Source: the human T2T-CHM13v2.0 reference genome, Homo sapiens
DNA: 64,000 bases
Strand: one strand, 5' to 3'
Assembly: GCF_009914755.1 (NCBI RefSeq)
Contig: NC_060926.1
Shown here: piece by piece, positions 1 to 13,945 of the stretch
Numbering within the stretch: the stretch's first letter is position 1
Layout: the number at the start of each line of letters is the position of its first letter
Translations under genes and position numbers: made by a program
The notes under the pieces: generated by a model
What the model was told of the DNA's origin: nothing
Database searches by the model: none
What the model saw: the letters and a program-made list of their open reading frames with translations, nothing else

Positions 1-9
1 TCTCTCCCA

Positions 10-92
10 TTCTCTGCTGTATCTGCAAGGCTTAAAACAGCGCCTGGCGCGGTAGGTGTCCAATAAATACTTGTTAAATGAGAGAATGAATG
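10..92 (+). mobile_element. L2 LINE 3' end fragment
   Basis: ...gcctggcgcggtaggtgtccaataaatacttgttaaatgagagaatgaat matches the L2 3' terminus motif. Confidence 0.7.
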
Positions 93-755
93 TTCCGGAC
101 CTGCCGGTCAGTATAGTTATCTGCTGGGCCCAGGTCCAGATAGGAAAGTGACCTGAATCCTTGGATGTGAATGTTGCACAGACATCAAACAAGGGCCTGG
201 CTTCCCATGGTTCCACCAGAAAAATCTGGGGACAAATCCAATGGTGGGAATGGGCAGAGCTGGCCCTCACAGGTACCTACTATGAGAAGGCTGATATGTT
301 TCTTGGAGCTTCAGTAAAGCACTCAGTATGGCATGGCTGGAATCAAAGAGCCCTGCCGTCCTGGGGAACCAGCAGCCGGGTGGGTGGATGGGATTAGAGG
401 GGCTGCTGAAGATAACAGCAGAGCAGGGAGGATGGGTCTGGGATGATTAATGACCACAGGGAAAGCAGGTATGAGGCACACACCCCCTCCTGCTCCCTTC
501 TCCTCAAACTGTTAAACTGACTCAGCCGCCAGGCCAGGATGCCTGTCGTAAGGTTTGACTCGGTTCTTTTGGAGGCGCCAAGCTAGATCATGAAAAAATT
601 GCTTGTGTAGGGCAGAATCATCCTGGACTAGTCCAGCCACTCAAACTCCAAGGTTCAAAACTTGAGACCAGTGACTGAGATCCACTCTGAGGAGGCAGCC
701 CAGGGCATCCTCTGAGCTCCCTGCTGGGCCCAGAGGAGTGAAGGCTGTAGCACAC

Positions 756-931
756 CAGAGCCAGCTTCACCAGCAGGCAGCCTGTGCCAGCTCTCAAGGA
801 CCCATGCTCATAGGGCCTGTGCTTGGTTTAATTCTCCACTGTTGTCATTTTAAAATTTTTAATAATTTTTTAATAAAAGACTCTGCATCTTCATTGTGCA
901 CTAGGACATGCCAATTATGTAGCCAGTCCTG
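756..931 (+). mobile_element. MER91A (hAT-Tip100 non-autonomous DNA transposon)
   Basis: Starts cagagccagcttca, contains gcttggtttaa, ends aattatgtagccagtcctg, as in the MER91A consensus. Confidence 0.75.
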
Positions 932-2299
932 CAAACCTGTACCTGGGTCTCCCAGGATTTCTGCCATATCTCTTGTACATAGCACACGTGAGGCTGACAC
1001 CCCATTTCATTACTTTCAATCACTGGTGGTACAAAGATGCCTGCTGCTTGGAATTATCTAGTACCAGGAGACCCATGTGGCCAGAAAACCAAACAGGTCA
1101 TACAAGTCAGACAGACGACTATCATGTAAGATAGTCACCTACTCTGTGCCAGGCACTGCAGTGAACCCACCCTTGGATCTTCCTATCACCCTTGAAAGGC
1201 TGATATTATTGTCCTCCTTTGGTAGATGAGCAGGCCTGGAGCCTCACCACCTAATGGTGCCTGGAATACATTAGGAGATCATTAAGTACTTGTTGAATAT
1301 TCAAACATTATTTGCAAGGTGTACTTACTTTTTGCATTGATTGCAGATTTTGAGACAAGATATAGGTGAACTACACAATACTGGGCATGGAATGCTTGAA
1401 CATCAACCATTCATTCAACAAACATTTATTGGGCCCCTTCATATGCCTAGACTATGCTAGGTGCTGGGGCACCCTAACAGACCCAGTGCTGCAGCTCATG
1501 GGCAGCACTGGCTGGCATTCCATAGGATGCATGATGGTCCATGTCGAAGAAGGATTCGTTTTCAGTTGGGACCTCCAACAGAGAAACTCTTCCTCTTCCC
1601 AAAGGGAGTGAACAGGTCAAACAACCCCCTTCACCACCACAGACCAGGAATGTGCATTGATTGTGCAGGAAACACAGATACCCTAACAAAGACTACTCAG
1701 ATGATAAGAGGAGTTACTTTGGTGAAAACAAGTCAAGCAGGCAGCCCGCATTTTTACAGGGCAGACCGGAGGGAGCCAAAGCCTCTACACAATCTATTGA
1801 TTTCCACTGAAAGTGAACTTTCAGCTATTGCATTAGCCAAGGCTAAGAATTACTCCCAAATAGCTATTTTTAAAACTTTTTTAAAGTGCTATATTTTTAG
1901 CAAAATATCTATGGGATAAGAACCATGGGAGGCACAGGGAGACAATCAATAGAAATTGGGAGAAATGAAAACCAGATGGTTCAGCGCTCAGATGATTCCC
2001 TTTGCCACATGGGACAAGAGCTATCACCACCTCCCTGTGCAGAAGAAATGGCACCCAGTGAACAGTAGTAGTCTTCCTGGTTGTTGCACATGATTGTACT
2101 CACATGACCAGTGTGGTTCTTAACCCAGGACAGTGTATTATCAACACAATCCTTTTTCACTTTCATGCCACCTCCATTAAGAATGCTCAGCAAATATTGA
2201 CATATTTGGTTCCCTGGATGCACAAGATTTTAAGTGACAATCATTCAAGACTAGCCCCCAGAGACCAGCAAATTAATTCCCTTAAAGAATTCTTTCCTA

Positions 2300-2810
<511 letters not shown>

Positions 2811-2854
2811 CTACAGATCATTTGTCTCATCTCTACCTATTTAGTAATTAGGAT

Positions 2855-3135
2855 ATGTATCCATTATCTATTGCTGTGAAACAAATGACTCTAAATTTAG
2901 CAGCTTAAAACAACAATAAACATCTATTACAGTGTCTGTGGGTCAGGAAGTTGTGAGTGGCTTGGCTGGTGGTTCTGGCTTAGGATCACTCACACAGTTG
3001 CAGTCAAGCTCTCAGCCAGGGCTACCGTCATCTGAAGGCTTGATTGTGGCTGAAGAATCCATTTCCAGGATGATTCACTCACAAGACTGGCAAGTTGATG
3101 CTGGCTGTTGGCGGGAGACCTCAGTTCCTCAGAAT
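2855..3135 (-). mobile_element. MLT1 (F/G/H-like) MaLR LTR fragment
   Basis: ttatctattgctgtgaaacaaatgactctaaatttagcagcttaaaacaac...gtgggtcaggaa is the typical antisense MLT1 3' end. Confidence 0.75.
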
Positions 3136-3819
3136 TCATCTCTGCGAGTACACGCTACTTATTATAAAGTGACACCTTCATGGGGAATGAACAAACTTAA
3201 ATTGTACAAAAGACTAGAAATATAATTTTGATAAAATTGGTTGAAATAAACATTTTGCAAATCATAGAATGTGTTATTCAATATAAAAGCTGGTCAAAAA
3301 TTCAGTCAGAGCCACAAAGAGAGAGTTGTGATTGTAAGTGATGTTATAGGACAGTTAATTCAGACAGAGCACACCGCAAAATGAAAAATATGAAAATGCT
3401 GTTTGCAAAACAGAATCCAGTCCTTTGTGGTGAATCACTTTCATTCATTTGATATGAATTCTGCACCTACCTAATTCCTACTGCTGTTCTAGGCATTGGA
3501 TAGACAACAAGGGATAAAAGGGCAAAGACCCTCTTCTCACATCACTGGTGATGGCATATTCTGCCTGAGTGAGGTTCTAAAGAAATTATACATGTATTCA
3601 AGAAGCCCTTTCCATGTGAAGTCCTTGTGCCACGTGGCAAATATTGTCTTATTGTCAGCAAGTTATAACAATCCATAGGAAGATTCTCAGACACAGAAAA
3701 TAAGCCAATGACTTCCAGGTCAGTGCATTCCAGCTCATGTGCTTCACTGCTTGGCTATGCTGCTGACTTTAAGGATACACTTCCAGCTCTGGAGCATCTA
3801 AGGACTCTACCACTTCTTA

Positions 3820-4260
3820 CATGGGTTCCCCTAGACATAGAATCAGAAATGTTTAAGAGCAAGTACTGTATTTAGAAGGTGATACCAGGAAACAGAGGTG
3901 CAGGAGGGAGAAGTGAAACAGGGATGAGCAAGAAGCCAATAAAGGGTTTGTTACCAAATAAGTTTCCACTGTGGCCACTGTGTCTTGATGTTCTGGGGAA
4001 CTCTGAGAGCCAGCTGGGATCATGCCAAGGGGTTGTCCCATGAAGGGGTGAAGGCTCAGAACATTTATCAACTAGCTTCTCTCATTCAGGGCTGCTGGGG
4101 TGGAGTGAAGGTTTCCCTGGCATTTCCAGCCTATCCGGCATGTGGGCAGAGTGGACAGAGAGGTGTAGATGGTGGCATTTGAAAGTCCACAGACTACACA
4201 GAAATGTAGGAGCCAGAAGAATGTAGGAGCTAGAAGGATGAGGCAGGGAGGGCGATGGAC
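3820..4260 (-). mobile_element. ERVL LTR (LTR33/LTR16-like)
   Basis: gggttccc...ggtgataccaggaaaca...gaagtgaaacaggga...aagccaataaaggg antisense ERVL-LTR pattern. Confidence 0.55.
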
Positions 4261-4667
4261 AACCATCTGCTTTAACACCTGTGTGAATTCATCTCAGTTG
4301 CAACCACTCATTCATTTCCCAACACATTCACTGAGAACCTAGTAGGTGGCAGGCCTGTTCTGGACACGGTTTCTTGTCTAGAGCTGACAAACAAGACTTC
4401 AGTATTCAATGTCCAGACTCTCTTTCTTCAGAGGCCCGGGCTGTGCTAAATTTTCAACCTGCATAGTTTAAATCAAGGGGGGTGCACCTCCATCCTAGCC
4501 TGGCCTCACAGCCCTGGCTGTTTGGTCTATAATCTTCATTCTCCATCCCCTGGGACTTCTCTAGCCTTCTCCCCTCCTGAGGCTAAGTAACTCAAGGATT
4601 CTCCATTTAAGGTTGAAGGGACACAGCAGTTGTGAGAGCGAAAATGAATAACAGAGCTTCATTTCAT

Positions 4668-4917
4668 TGCTGTAAATGGAAATCAGTGTTGTAAGTATCA
4701 TCTCCCAAACACTTTTGGGAGTACCTCAGATCTTCACCTCATCATCTGGGTCCTTCAAGCACCCCTCTACCACCCAACCACAATAATTCCTTTAAAACAG
4801 GAATCTAGTCCAGACACCACCCTGCTCAGAGGTTCCCCTCTACTCTGTGGGACACCCTACATTGCTCGTGTTCCTGCAAATGGTGTCCCTAATTTAGTTA
4901 AGCCTAGTCAGAAAAGT
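4668..4917 (+). repeat. Donor copy of a 250-bp local duplication (second copy 6531-6781)
   Basis: Direct alignment by eye, about 10 differences in 250 bp. Confidence 0.95.
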
Positions 4918-5279
4918 AAAGGTAGAAGAATAAACAGGCACATCCAGGAATTAAGAGAACAGTGGAATTGACATGAAATAGATTTTGTTGCCAAGAATGA
5001 GAATGACAAAGCCTATTGAAGAGGGCTGTCAACACAGTGAGTGGTGTGGGAAGCAAAGGGCCAGCTAGAGGAGAAAGCCACACTAATGACCACAGAAGCT
5101 GTCTGCCCATGGGCCATCAGTGTTTCTGATTATGGCATCTGATGGATGGAGGCAGAAACATTCTTCTTCCTGACCACACCACTGAATATGCACAATCACT
5201 TTCCAAGAAGGTTGAGCCAAGAGCCCAGGCAGCCCACTGTGGGCCATACAGGAGAGTCCCCATCCCCCATCTACACCAA

Positions 5280-5560
5280 CGATTAGTTCTCACTTATTTT
5301 CTCTCTGCCAATATAAGTGAAAAGGGCCTCATTTCTCAAGTGTTTTATTTATTTGATTAACAGTAACCCTGGACATTTTTTTCATAAGTTTATTGTCCAT
5401 TTGGATTTATTTTGTGAATTTTTTCTTACCAGTTTTTAGTTAGCCTCTTTTTTTTATGGATTTTCTGGTCAGACATGTTTCAAATATTTTCTCCAGTTTT
5501 TATGCATCTTATGTATTTTTAGCATCTTTTACCATTCCTAAGTTTTGTGTTGTTATTGTA
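5280..5560 (-). mobile_element. Old L1M fragment
   Basis: T-rich antisense L1ME-like sequence (catttttttcataagtttattgtccatttggattt). Confidence 0.55.
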
Positions 5561-5577
5561 TTATTTTAGTTTTGTTT

Positions 5578-6258
5578 TGCTATAATTTAAATGTCTCTCC
5601 AAAACTCATATGGAAATTTAATTGCCTTTTTTTTTTATAACAATATGAAGAGGTGGGACCTTTAAGAGGTAATTAGATTATGAGTCTACACATCCGGTCA
5701 CCCACAGCCTGCCACACTCTTTCTTGACTGGCTGTGGTGTTCTGTGCTGGGGGAAGATGAGAGGGAGGACAAGGACTTTCCCAGGACTCCAGAGATCACC
5801 ATTAGTGCCCTGCACTCTGGAGAACACAGAGTGTTGGCTGTGTGTTGGTGGACACCCTTCAAGCCTGGGCACCTGAGCAATGTCGGCTCACTCTCGTGAG
5901 CTTTGAGCAGAGACACTGTGCTTTGGAGCATGTCACCCGCAGAATCCAGTAATCTGGCCACTGCCAGAGGTTCACTTAATTTATTGTAGAAGTGGGTTAG
6001 TTATTGTGGAAGTTGCCTTCTGATAAAAAGGTTGAAGTTCAGCTCCTGTGTTCTCTCTGTCCCTCATGCTTCCTTGCCCTTCCACATTCTGCCATGGGAT
6101 GACAGATTAAGAAGGCCCTCACCAGAAGCAAAGCAAAAGCCAGCACCAAGGTCTTGGACTTCCCAGCCTCCAGAACCATAAGATAAATAAATTACTTTTC
6201 TTTATAAATTACCTAGTCTGTGATATTTTATTATAGCAGCAGAAAATGAACTAAAACA
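5578..6258 (+). mobile_element. MST (MSTC-like) MaLR solo LTR interrupted by a ~290-bp foreign insert (5685-5975)
   Basis: tgctataatttaaatgtc...gggacctttaagaggt start; ttggacttcccagcctccagaac...tatagcagcagaaaatgaactaaaaca end; TSD tgttt/agttt. Confidence 0.85.
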
Positions 6259-6317
6259 AGTTTTTTTAAGTTGTGTGCAGTTATATATGAATAATTTTAG
6301 CCTTGATGTTATGCTAG

Positions 6318-6902
<585 letters not shown>

Positions 6903-7346
6903 TTAAGAGATTGGTTGGGAATGAGGAGGCTATTTGTTGCTAATTTAGCCTTTAAATTCAAACATTAATTATTGCTCTTAAAACAAGAAAGAAATTCAGA
7001 AGATCACCTGGGCCAAACTCCCTGCAGGTAAATATCATTGTTGCCCCTTAGCAGAGAAGGCTCAGAGAAATTAAGTCACCAGAACAAACTCTGTATCTAA
7101 TGACAGCAAGAAACCCTTAGGATGCAGCATCCTCTGGCAGCATGGAAAGGAGATGCCTTCATGGGTCAGGAGACCAAAGAAGACTTCTCAGGGCCTGGGA
7201 AACGAGTCTTGAAGGAAGATTCAGAGTCCACCAGGCTGACATAGGGAAGAGGATTTGCTGTCAGATGAGCAGCATCTGCAAAGACCTAAGGCTTAATACA
7301 GCATACACAGCACAGCATGCCAGTGTAACTGCAATATAGTGCAGCA

Positions 7347-7840
7347 CAGTGGTCTCATGGAGTCACCTGTGGGCCTGAGAAAACTCAAGTTGCTGGGCTC
7401 CACCCAAGAGGTTCTCATTCAGGAGATCTGGGGTGGGGCCTCACGAAGTTGCATTTCGTTTTGTTTTGTTATTGTTGTTTTGTTCATTTCCTTTTTTTTG
7501 AGAAAGGGTCTCTCTCTGTCACCCAAGCTAGAATGCAGTGGCACAAACGCAGCTCATTGCAGCCTCTACCTCCTGGGCTCAGGTGATCCTCCTCCCTCAG
7601 CCTCCTGAATAACTGGGATGACAGGCATGTGCCACCACATCCAGCTGGTCTTTTAATTTTTGTAGAGAGGGAGTCTCACCATGTTCCCCAGGCTGGTTTT
7701 GATTTCTTGGGCTCAAGTGATCCTCTCATCTCAGCCTCCCAAAGTGGTAGCATTACAGGTGTGAGCCACTATGCCAGGCCAAGAAGCTACATTTCTAACA
7801 AGTGGCTGCATGGTGCTGCTGCTGCTGATCTGGGAATCAC
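7347..7840. mobile_element. MER5A (hAT-Charlie) interrupted by an Alu
   Basis: gctgggctccaccc...ctggggtggggcc...gcatttc | Alu | catttctaacaag...gctgctgctg. Confidence 0.7.
7458..7780 (-). mobile_element. Alu (AluJ-like), antisense
   Basis: Dimeric Alu with ctcctgggctcaggtgatcctcc; imperfect TSD gaagttgcatttc/gaagctacatttc. Confidence 0.95.
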
Positions 7841-7842
7841 AG

Positions 7843-8110
7843 GTACAGTGGTCAAGAGCATGGGGTCTGGACCTTACAAAAAGAACCTGGGATCAAGTTC
7901 TAATAGTCTTTTACAAGCCATGAGAGCTTGAGAAATTTACTTAATGTAATTCTTAATTCTCTAAATGTCAATTTTCTCATCTGTAAAGTACAGGTAATGA
8001 TACTAACTACCTTGTATAGTTTATGTGAGCATTAAGTGAGATAATTCATGAAAAGCATTCAGCATGGAGCTGAGCACACAGGGACATTCAAGAAAGTGTG
8101 TTATTTTCAT
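7843..8110 (+). mobile_element. MIR SINE
   Basis: cagtggtcaagagcatggggtctgga...ttttctcatctgtaaagt...taatgatacta MIR core. Confidence 0.8.
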
Positions 8111-8499
8111 TGTTATGATCATAATTCCTGAGTGTTGCTGGAGCATGACTTGCAGAGAAGAGTGAGTGGATAAGCCAGGCCAGGAGAGGCCCGGGATTTG
8201 AATTGTATTCCAAAGGTTATACTGAGCCTTAGAAAAGCGTGCAGTGGCAGTAACACAATTAGATTCATGTTGCAGAGAGATCATTTGGGCAGTGGAGTGA
8301 AGGATGAACTGGTGGAGAGAGGTGAGCCAGGCAGCAGCAAAAGCCATTAGAAAGGCAGCCAATGGCCCCAGGCTCACCCATAATGGGTGGCAGGAGCAAA
8401 GAAGGGCAGATGCAAATGAGGATACCAGCCCCTCTTTTAACCAACCAAAGACCTGCACGCATTTCAGCCAGGGCTAGAAAACGTCCTTCCACACCGGGC

Positions 8500-9400
8500 A
8501 TTGTTGATGCTGCTTGGACATCGAACGGGCAGTCACATTTAACATGGCCAAAGCAGGCTCCCGGTCCCTCCCTCCCTCCACATGACTGCCCTCCCCACTG
8601 TCAGTCTGTCCATTTCAGAAAATAAACATCAAGATTTCCAAGGTTCTAGGCCAAAAACCTTGGAGATTTCCCTCCCTCCCTCCTTCCTTTCCTCTCCTCC
8701 TTCTTCCTCTCCTCTCCTCCTTCTTCCTCTTGTTTCTTTCTGCCCCCAACTTTCTCTTTCTCACATTCTCTCTCTGTGTCTCCTATCCAATCCTTCAGCA
8801 AATCCTACAGGTTCAACCTATGCAACAGAACCAGAACTCATCTGTGTCTGACCACCTCCTCTGCTCTCCCCTTAAGTTCCCATCACCTCTTGCCCAAATC
8901 ACTGTAGTTTCCTCCTTACTGCATTCTCTATTTCTACTTTTGATCCTCTGATATTTTCTCCAAATGGCAACCACAGTGATTCCTTTAAAACAGCAATCTA
9001 GTCCAGACACCACCCTGCTCAGAGGTTCCAACAAGTCTCCATCACAGTCTCAAGTCCTCATCACAGCCTCCCAAACCCCCTCCAGTGAAGTTTCACACCC
9101 CTCCCACTTGCTCTGCTGCGCCCTAGCCTTGCTCCTGGTTTTGCCTCCAGCCCTATGCACACACCTCAGAGTCTCTGCATATGCTGTCCTCTGCCCGCAG
9201 GTGTATGTGTCACTCAAACCTTCTCTTACCCTTCTCTTCAGATGTCTGCCCCCCCCGCCGAAACCTTTCCTGAACACCTCATCTAACACAGCACCTTGTT
9301 GACTTGCTTCCAATCTGTTTCCTGGCTTGCACGAAACTCCATGAGCTCAGAGCTTGGGCTTGCTCTATTCAGATCTTACCCTCAGCTACTGAACAATGCC
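8500..9400 (+). mobile_element. L2 LINE fragments (3' region), including a CT-rich low-complexity tract at 8665-8780
   Basis: cacatttaacatggccaaa, ggccaaaaaccttggag, tcagcaaatcctac, gtgattcctttaaaa and aaacctttcctgaac L2 motifs in collinear order. Confidence 0.7.
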
Positions 9401-9526
9401 TTCCATCAGCGGCCATCATCATTAAACGTGTCCCCAAAAGACTGTGCACGTGAACCAATACGGCAAATGGATGAAACCCCACTCATGGATTCGAGCTTTC
9501 TCCTTCCACTCAAGTCCCCAACAGAA

Positions 9527-9537
9527 GTGACTCAGCA
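9527..9537 (+). promoter_or_regulatory. Consensus antioxidant response element / MARE (GTGACTCAGCA)
   Basis: Exact match to RTGACTCAGCA; function unproven. Confidence 0.35.
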
Positions 9538-10852
9538 GGCCATGCTAACAGTGGCACTGCTCAGCCTCTCTTGAGTTTGAAGAAGTCATTGGGTTTTTGT
9601 GACGTGTGGTGTGTCTAAGGAAATGAGTACCATTTGCCAACACATCAGGTGAGACCTCAACAAACTACTACAGCCTGGGAGAGAGTCACATTTCGTCATC
9701 TGCAATTTGTGAGAAGGAAAAAAGTATTTATTATATCACACAATTTGATTTTTCTCTCCAGCTCTCGTGACTTCTGAGAAATCCTGTTTGGACAATTTCA
9801 TGACTTGGAGGCAGCCTCGATGTGCCCTTCTCCAGCCGGGTTCTGGTGTCAGGAATAATGAATGGAAGGTCAGGAGAGAAGCCAGTGTTGATTTGACTAA
9901 ATACTCCAAGCGCCTAAGCAAGAGGAGAGCAGGCTGATAAAGTACTCCCCTACTGCCCAGGGCAAAACCTTTAGCTGAAAGGCGGCCTCGCTGTCCATAT
10001 TAATAAAGCTCAGGTTCAGAAACTGGCATCACAGAGTATTTGCAGGAAAAGCTCGACTCAAAGCTTTAGAGCCAACAAAGCTTCTTTAAAACATGGTATT
10101 GAATTAAAAATGGAAATCAAAAACATGATGTTTTTAAAACTTTAGCTAAAAGGCTAAAGTATGAAAGTTTCTGAAACTTGAATCGATAATACATCATTTT
10201 GCACGTAAGATTCTAATCTCACAAACTTCAAAGACCCAAGGTATACCAGACTCAGGAAAAAAAACCAGAGTTTCATTCTCACCGAAGATTCCCTGCATTA
10301 GCCTGGGAACATCCTCATGCAACTTGGGTTGAACTTTTCATCTCATTTCACCGTCATTGCAGGTGATGGAGAGTAAAACTGGGAAACCCCATCAGAGCTG
10401 CTGTGTGCCTCCACACCGTTAAGGACTTGCAACCGCACTCTTCTTAAAGCAGGTAGAATATAATTTGTACATCTGACAGTCATCAGACGCTGGCAGTTCC
10501 GTCTTTTACAAATGATAAAAGGCAATAAAATATGCCGCTTACACAAAAGTTGTGATTGATGTGGGCCTCAGATTTCTAACCCACTCTTCTTCTGGTTTTT
10601 CTTATTCGATGGTAAAGATCTGATTAACCTAATAAAAACATGCTGGCTGGTTTACCTTCCCTACAGCCTACAGAGGGATGACAGGTAATAACTCTCCATA
10701 ATACAGAGTCCCCTCCAGATAGTTCCAGTGCCTGGATGAGCACAATTACCTTCAGTGGTACAGAGTAAGCTTCAACGCTTTGGTTTTGACAAATCAATCA
10801 TCATTCATGTTTGTAGGCTTGACATGCATGTCTCACTGTCCATCCAAGTTGA

Positions 10853-11393
10853 CTTTATTAATTTCCCATGGCTGCTGTAACAAATTAGCACAAAGTCAGG
10901 GGCTTAAAACAATACAAATGTGTCCATCGTGTTAGAATTCTGGAGGCTGATGTCCCGCATGGGTCTTGGGTCTCGCTGGGCTGAAACCAAGGTGTCAGCA
11001 GTGCCAGGTTCCTTTCTGGAGCCTCTAGAGGAGAACATGCTTTCTTCTTGTTTTCAGCTTCTGGGGACCCCTGCACTCCTTGGCACATGGCCCTCTTGGA
11101 TCTTTAAAGCTGGCGAGGTTGGGCTGAGTCCTTCTCACAGCACATCACCCTGAGCTGCTTCCACTGTCACCTCTCCTTCTCCAACTCTGACTCCTCTCCT
11201 GCCCTCTCTTCCACTTTTAGGGGTCCTTGTGATTACATTGGGACTGCCCAGGTAATGTAGAATAATCTTCCAATTTTAAGGTCAGACGATTAGCAATATT
11301 AGTTCCAACTGCAACTTTACTTCCCTTTTGCCAGGTAAGGTAACAGGTCAGGGCTTAAGACATCTTTTGGGGGGCCTTTATTCTGCCTACTAC
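10853..11393 (-). mobile_element. MLT1C/D MaLR solo LTR
   Basis: ggctgctgtaacaaatt...ggcttaaaacaa...ttctggagg...ccttgtgattacattggg...ttattctgcctactaca. Confidence 0.85.
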
Positions 11394-11435
11394 ATTAATC
11401 AAATTAACTGCAAAGGCACCCTGTTCCCAGCAGAT

Positions 11436-11460
11436 ACACACACACACACACACACACACA
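11436..11460 (+). repeat. (CA)n microsatellite
   Basis: About 12 perfect CA units. Confidence 0.95.
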
Positions 11461-12401
11461 TCACACCCAAGCTCCAAGCTCCAGGACGAATTGGGCAGCC
11501 AGACATGGTGAGTACAAGCTCACTGACCACCATGCCTCAGCCTGCGTCCCCTTCTTCTTGTACCTAAAGCAACATTTAATCACAGCAAATGCCTTTTTTG
11601 GTATCTGAACCTTTAAAATGTCAAGAAAGAGAGATAAAAATGCTCAAGAATATGCTTAGTACATTCTTGAAGGGATAACATGAATGACGTTATGAAATTC
11701 TAATTAACTGTGAAACAAAATTTCCAATGATGAAATTTCTTTGCAGACACCCAATAACTTTATAGGTAAGATAAAAAGGCTTTAAACCTGTTACTCTTCA
11801 TTTAATCTCTGAACAGACATTTCCTGTAGCACCTTCAATATGCCAGGCACATTGCTAGGGACGTAACAATACCCAGGAGAGAGAAGGTGACTGCCAGTTT
11901 GGAGTTTACATTAGAGAGGAAAGGATCAGCTGATCATTCTTTTTCCATCCCTGTAACAAAATCCATCTAATGTTTTAGAGGCACCAGGCAATGAAGCTCA
12001 GTTTTGCCTATTGGCATCATTTTTATTTGACCACCTAATTATATTCTCTTCCCTCACACGATTATGTTCAGGGCTGGGATCTGGCTTGAGCTCAGCCACC
12101 GATTAGCTATCTGCTGAGCAAGGAAAAACCATGAAGCCTGTCTCAGCCTCACTTCTCATTGGAAACAAGAAAGAATTACAGAAGTGACTTCCAAGATCTT
12201 GCTCAACTTATTCATTCATGCTCCAACCTAAGTTACAACAGCAAAAAGAGACACTTGGTGGGGAAAAATACCAAAATTCTATTAGATGCTCAATATCCAG
12301 ACATATTAGTGAAATATTACTATTGCAGGGAGGGTTGACCAGTAGTTCCCAGCCAGGGCCACTTACAGGACACAGTATCTTCGGCTGGTCAGAATGTTTC
12401 A

Positions 12402-12743
<342 letters not shown>

Positions 12744-13029
12744 TCATCGGAGAAGTAAGGATGATGCTGCCTTTGCTGGGGCCACCGATTGTTGGGCTGA
12801 CTCTGTCCTGGGCGTCTCCCTTTTGTGGCTCCTGTGACCCAGGCTGATGCACGCAGGCTGACATGTTCCTTCCTCCTAGCCCCAGATCTGTGGCATGCAC
12901 AGTACTGCTGGGGTGGGGCCCCTTGACCCTCTCGGGGGCCTTATGGACAGGATCCAAGATGACTGACACCAGTTGTCTCTTCTGTGTGGGCTGCATCAGG
13001 TCCCCAGGAAGCATTTACATGCTTATTTT

Positions 13030-13572
13030 TAAAATGTAGGCTTTATTATTATTCGGGTATGGTGAGGCAAACAGACCAGAAGACAGCCGCTGTTGAAAAG
13101 TTTGTTACAGTTGCCAAGAAGAGGAGGCCACCATCCCATGCAGGGTCACATGAGGAAGCACTGGGGTGGCCAGGAGGCAGGAGTGAGGGAGAGTGTAGCA
13201 AGAGTCTTTATTGTGTTTTTTGTGGAGAGAAATGGGTAAAACAGGGTGGGCAGGGCTAGGGTGGCGAGTTTGAATAAGGTCAGCAGGCTCTGGGGTATAG
13301 GACCTGTCCCTCGCTGTCTGGTACCTGGCCTTGGAGTGATTAGGACTGGGGAATGCCGGCCTGGAGTGGGAGAGATTGATAAAGAAGGCAACTGGGGGAT
13401 ACAGGCTTTGGATGGACTGGTTTGCATATGGCAGGCAGGCTTGCAGGAGGCAGGAGGAGTTACTCTCTCTAGGAATCAGCTAGCTTGAATGGGGTGGCCT
13501 CTCCCACATCAGCAAGTCCACAACATGTCAAAGCATCATAAAATACAGAAGCTAAAAAACACGATTAATACA
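13030..13572 (-). mobile_element. MER74 (ERVL) solo LTR
   Basis: Reverse complement begins tgtattaatcgtgtttt...tgatgctttgacat and contains catatgcaaacc and ggccaggtaccagaca, as in MER74A/B. Confidence 0.75.
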
Positions 13573-13945
13573 GGGCTCCTCATCCTGACCACACTTGGGA
13601 ATGCCAGTCAGTCCCAGCCCGCTGCTCTCTGGCAGCCACAGGCTCCAGGGGGTCTCTCACAACCACAGGTGCAGGCGTCAGCCTCTCCAGCTGCAGAGAC
13701 ACATTTCACCTTGCAGGGCAGCCTTGTGAGCACGTCCTGTCACCGTGCTTGAGTGGTCCCTTCCCAGCTTAAGGGAGGAGAACAGTGGGGTGGGACAGGG
13801 GTGGGGGACAATCAGTCTTTATCTTCAAAGAAATCTCTTCACATCTTTTTTTTCCATTTTCTGTTTGAGTGCTTAGGAGCGGTGAAACTTCTTTTAGAAG
13901 GCTTCCTTTTGTAAATTCCACCTATGAAGATTTGGCCCCATAGGT

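Noticed and set aside
4203-4238. Short tandem duplications (atgtaggagc.agaag x2; also 30408, 53146, 62918)
   Set aside because: Ordinary 9-20 bp slippage duplications, common genome-wide.
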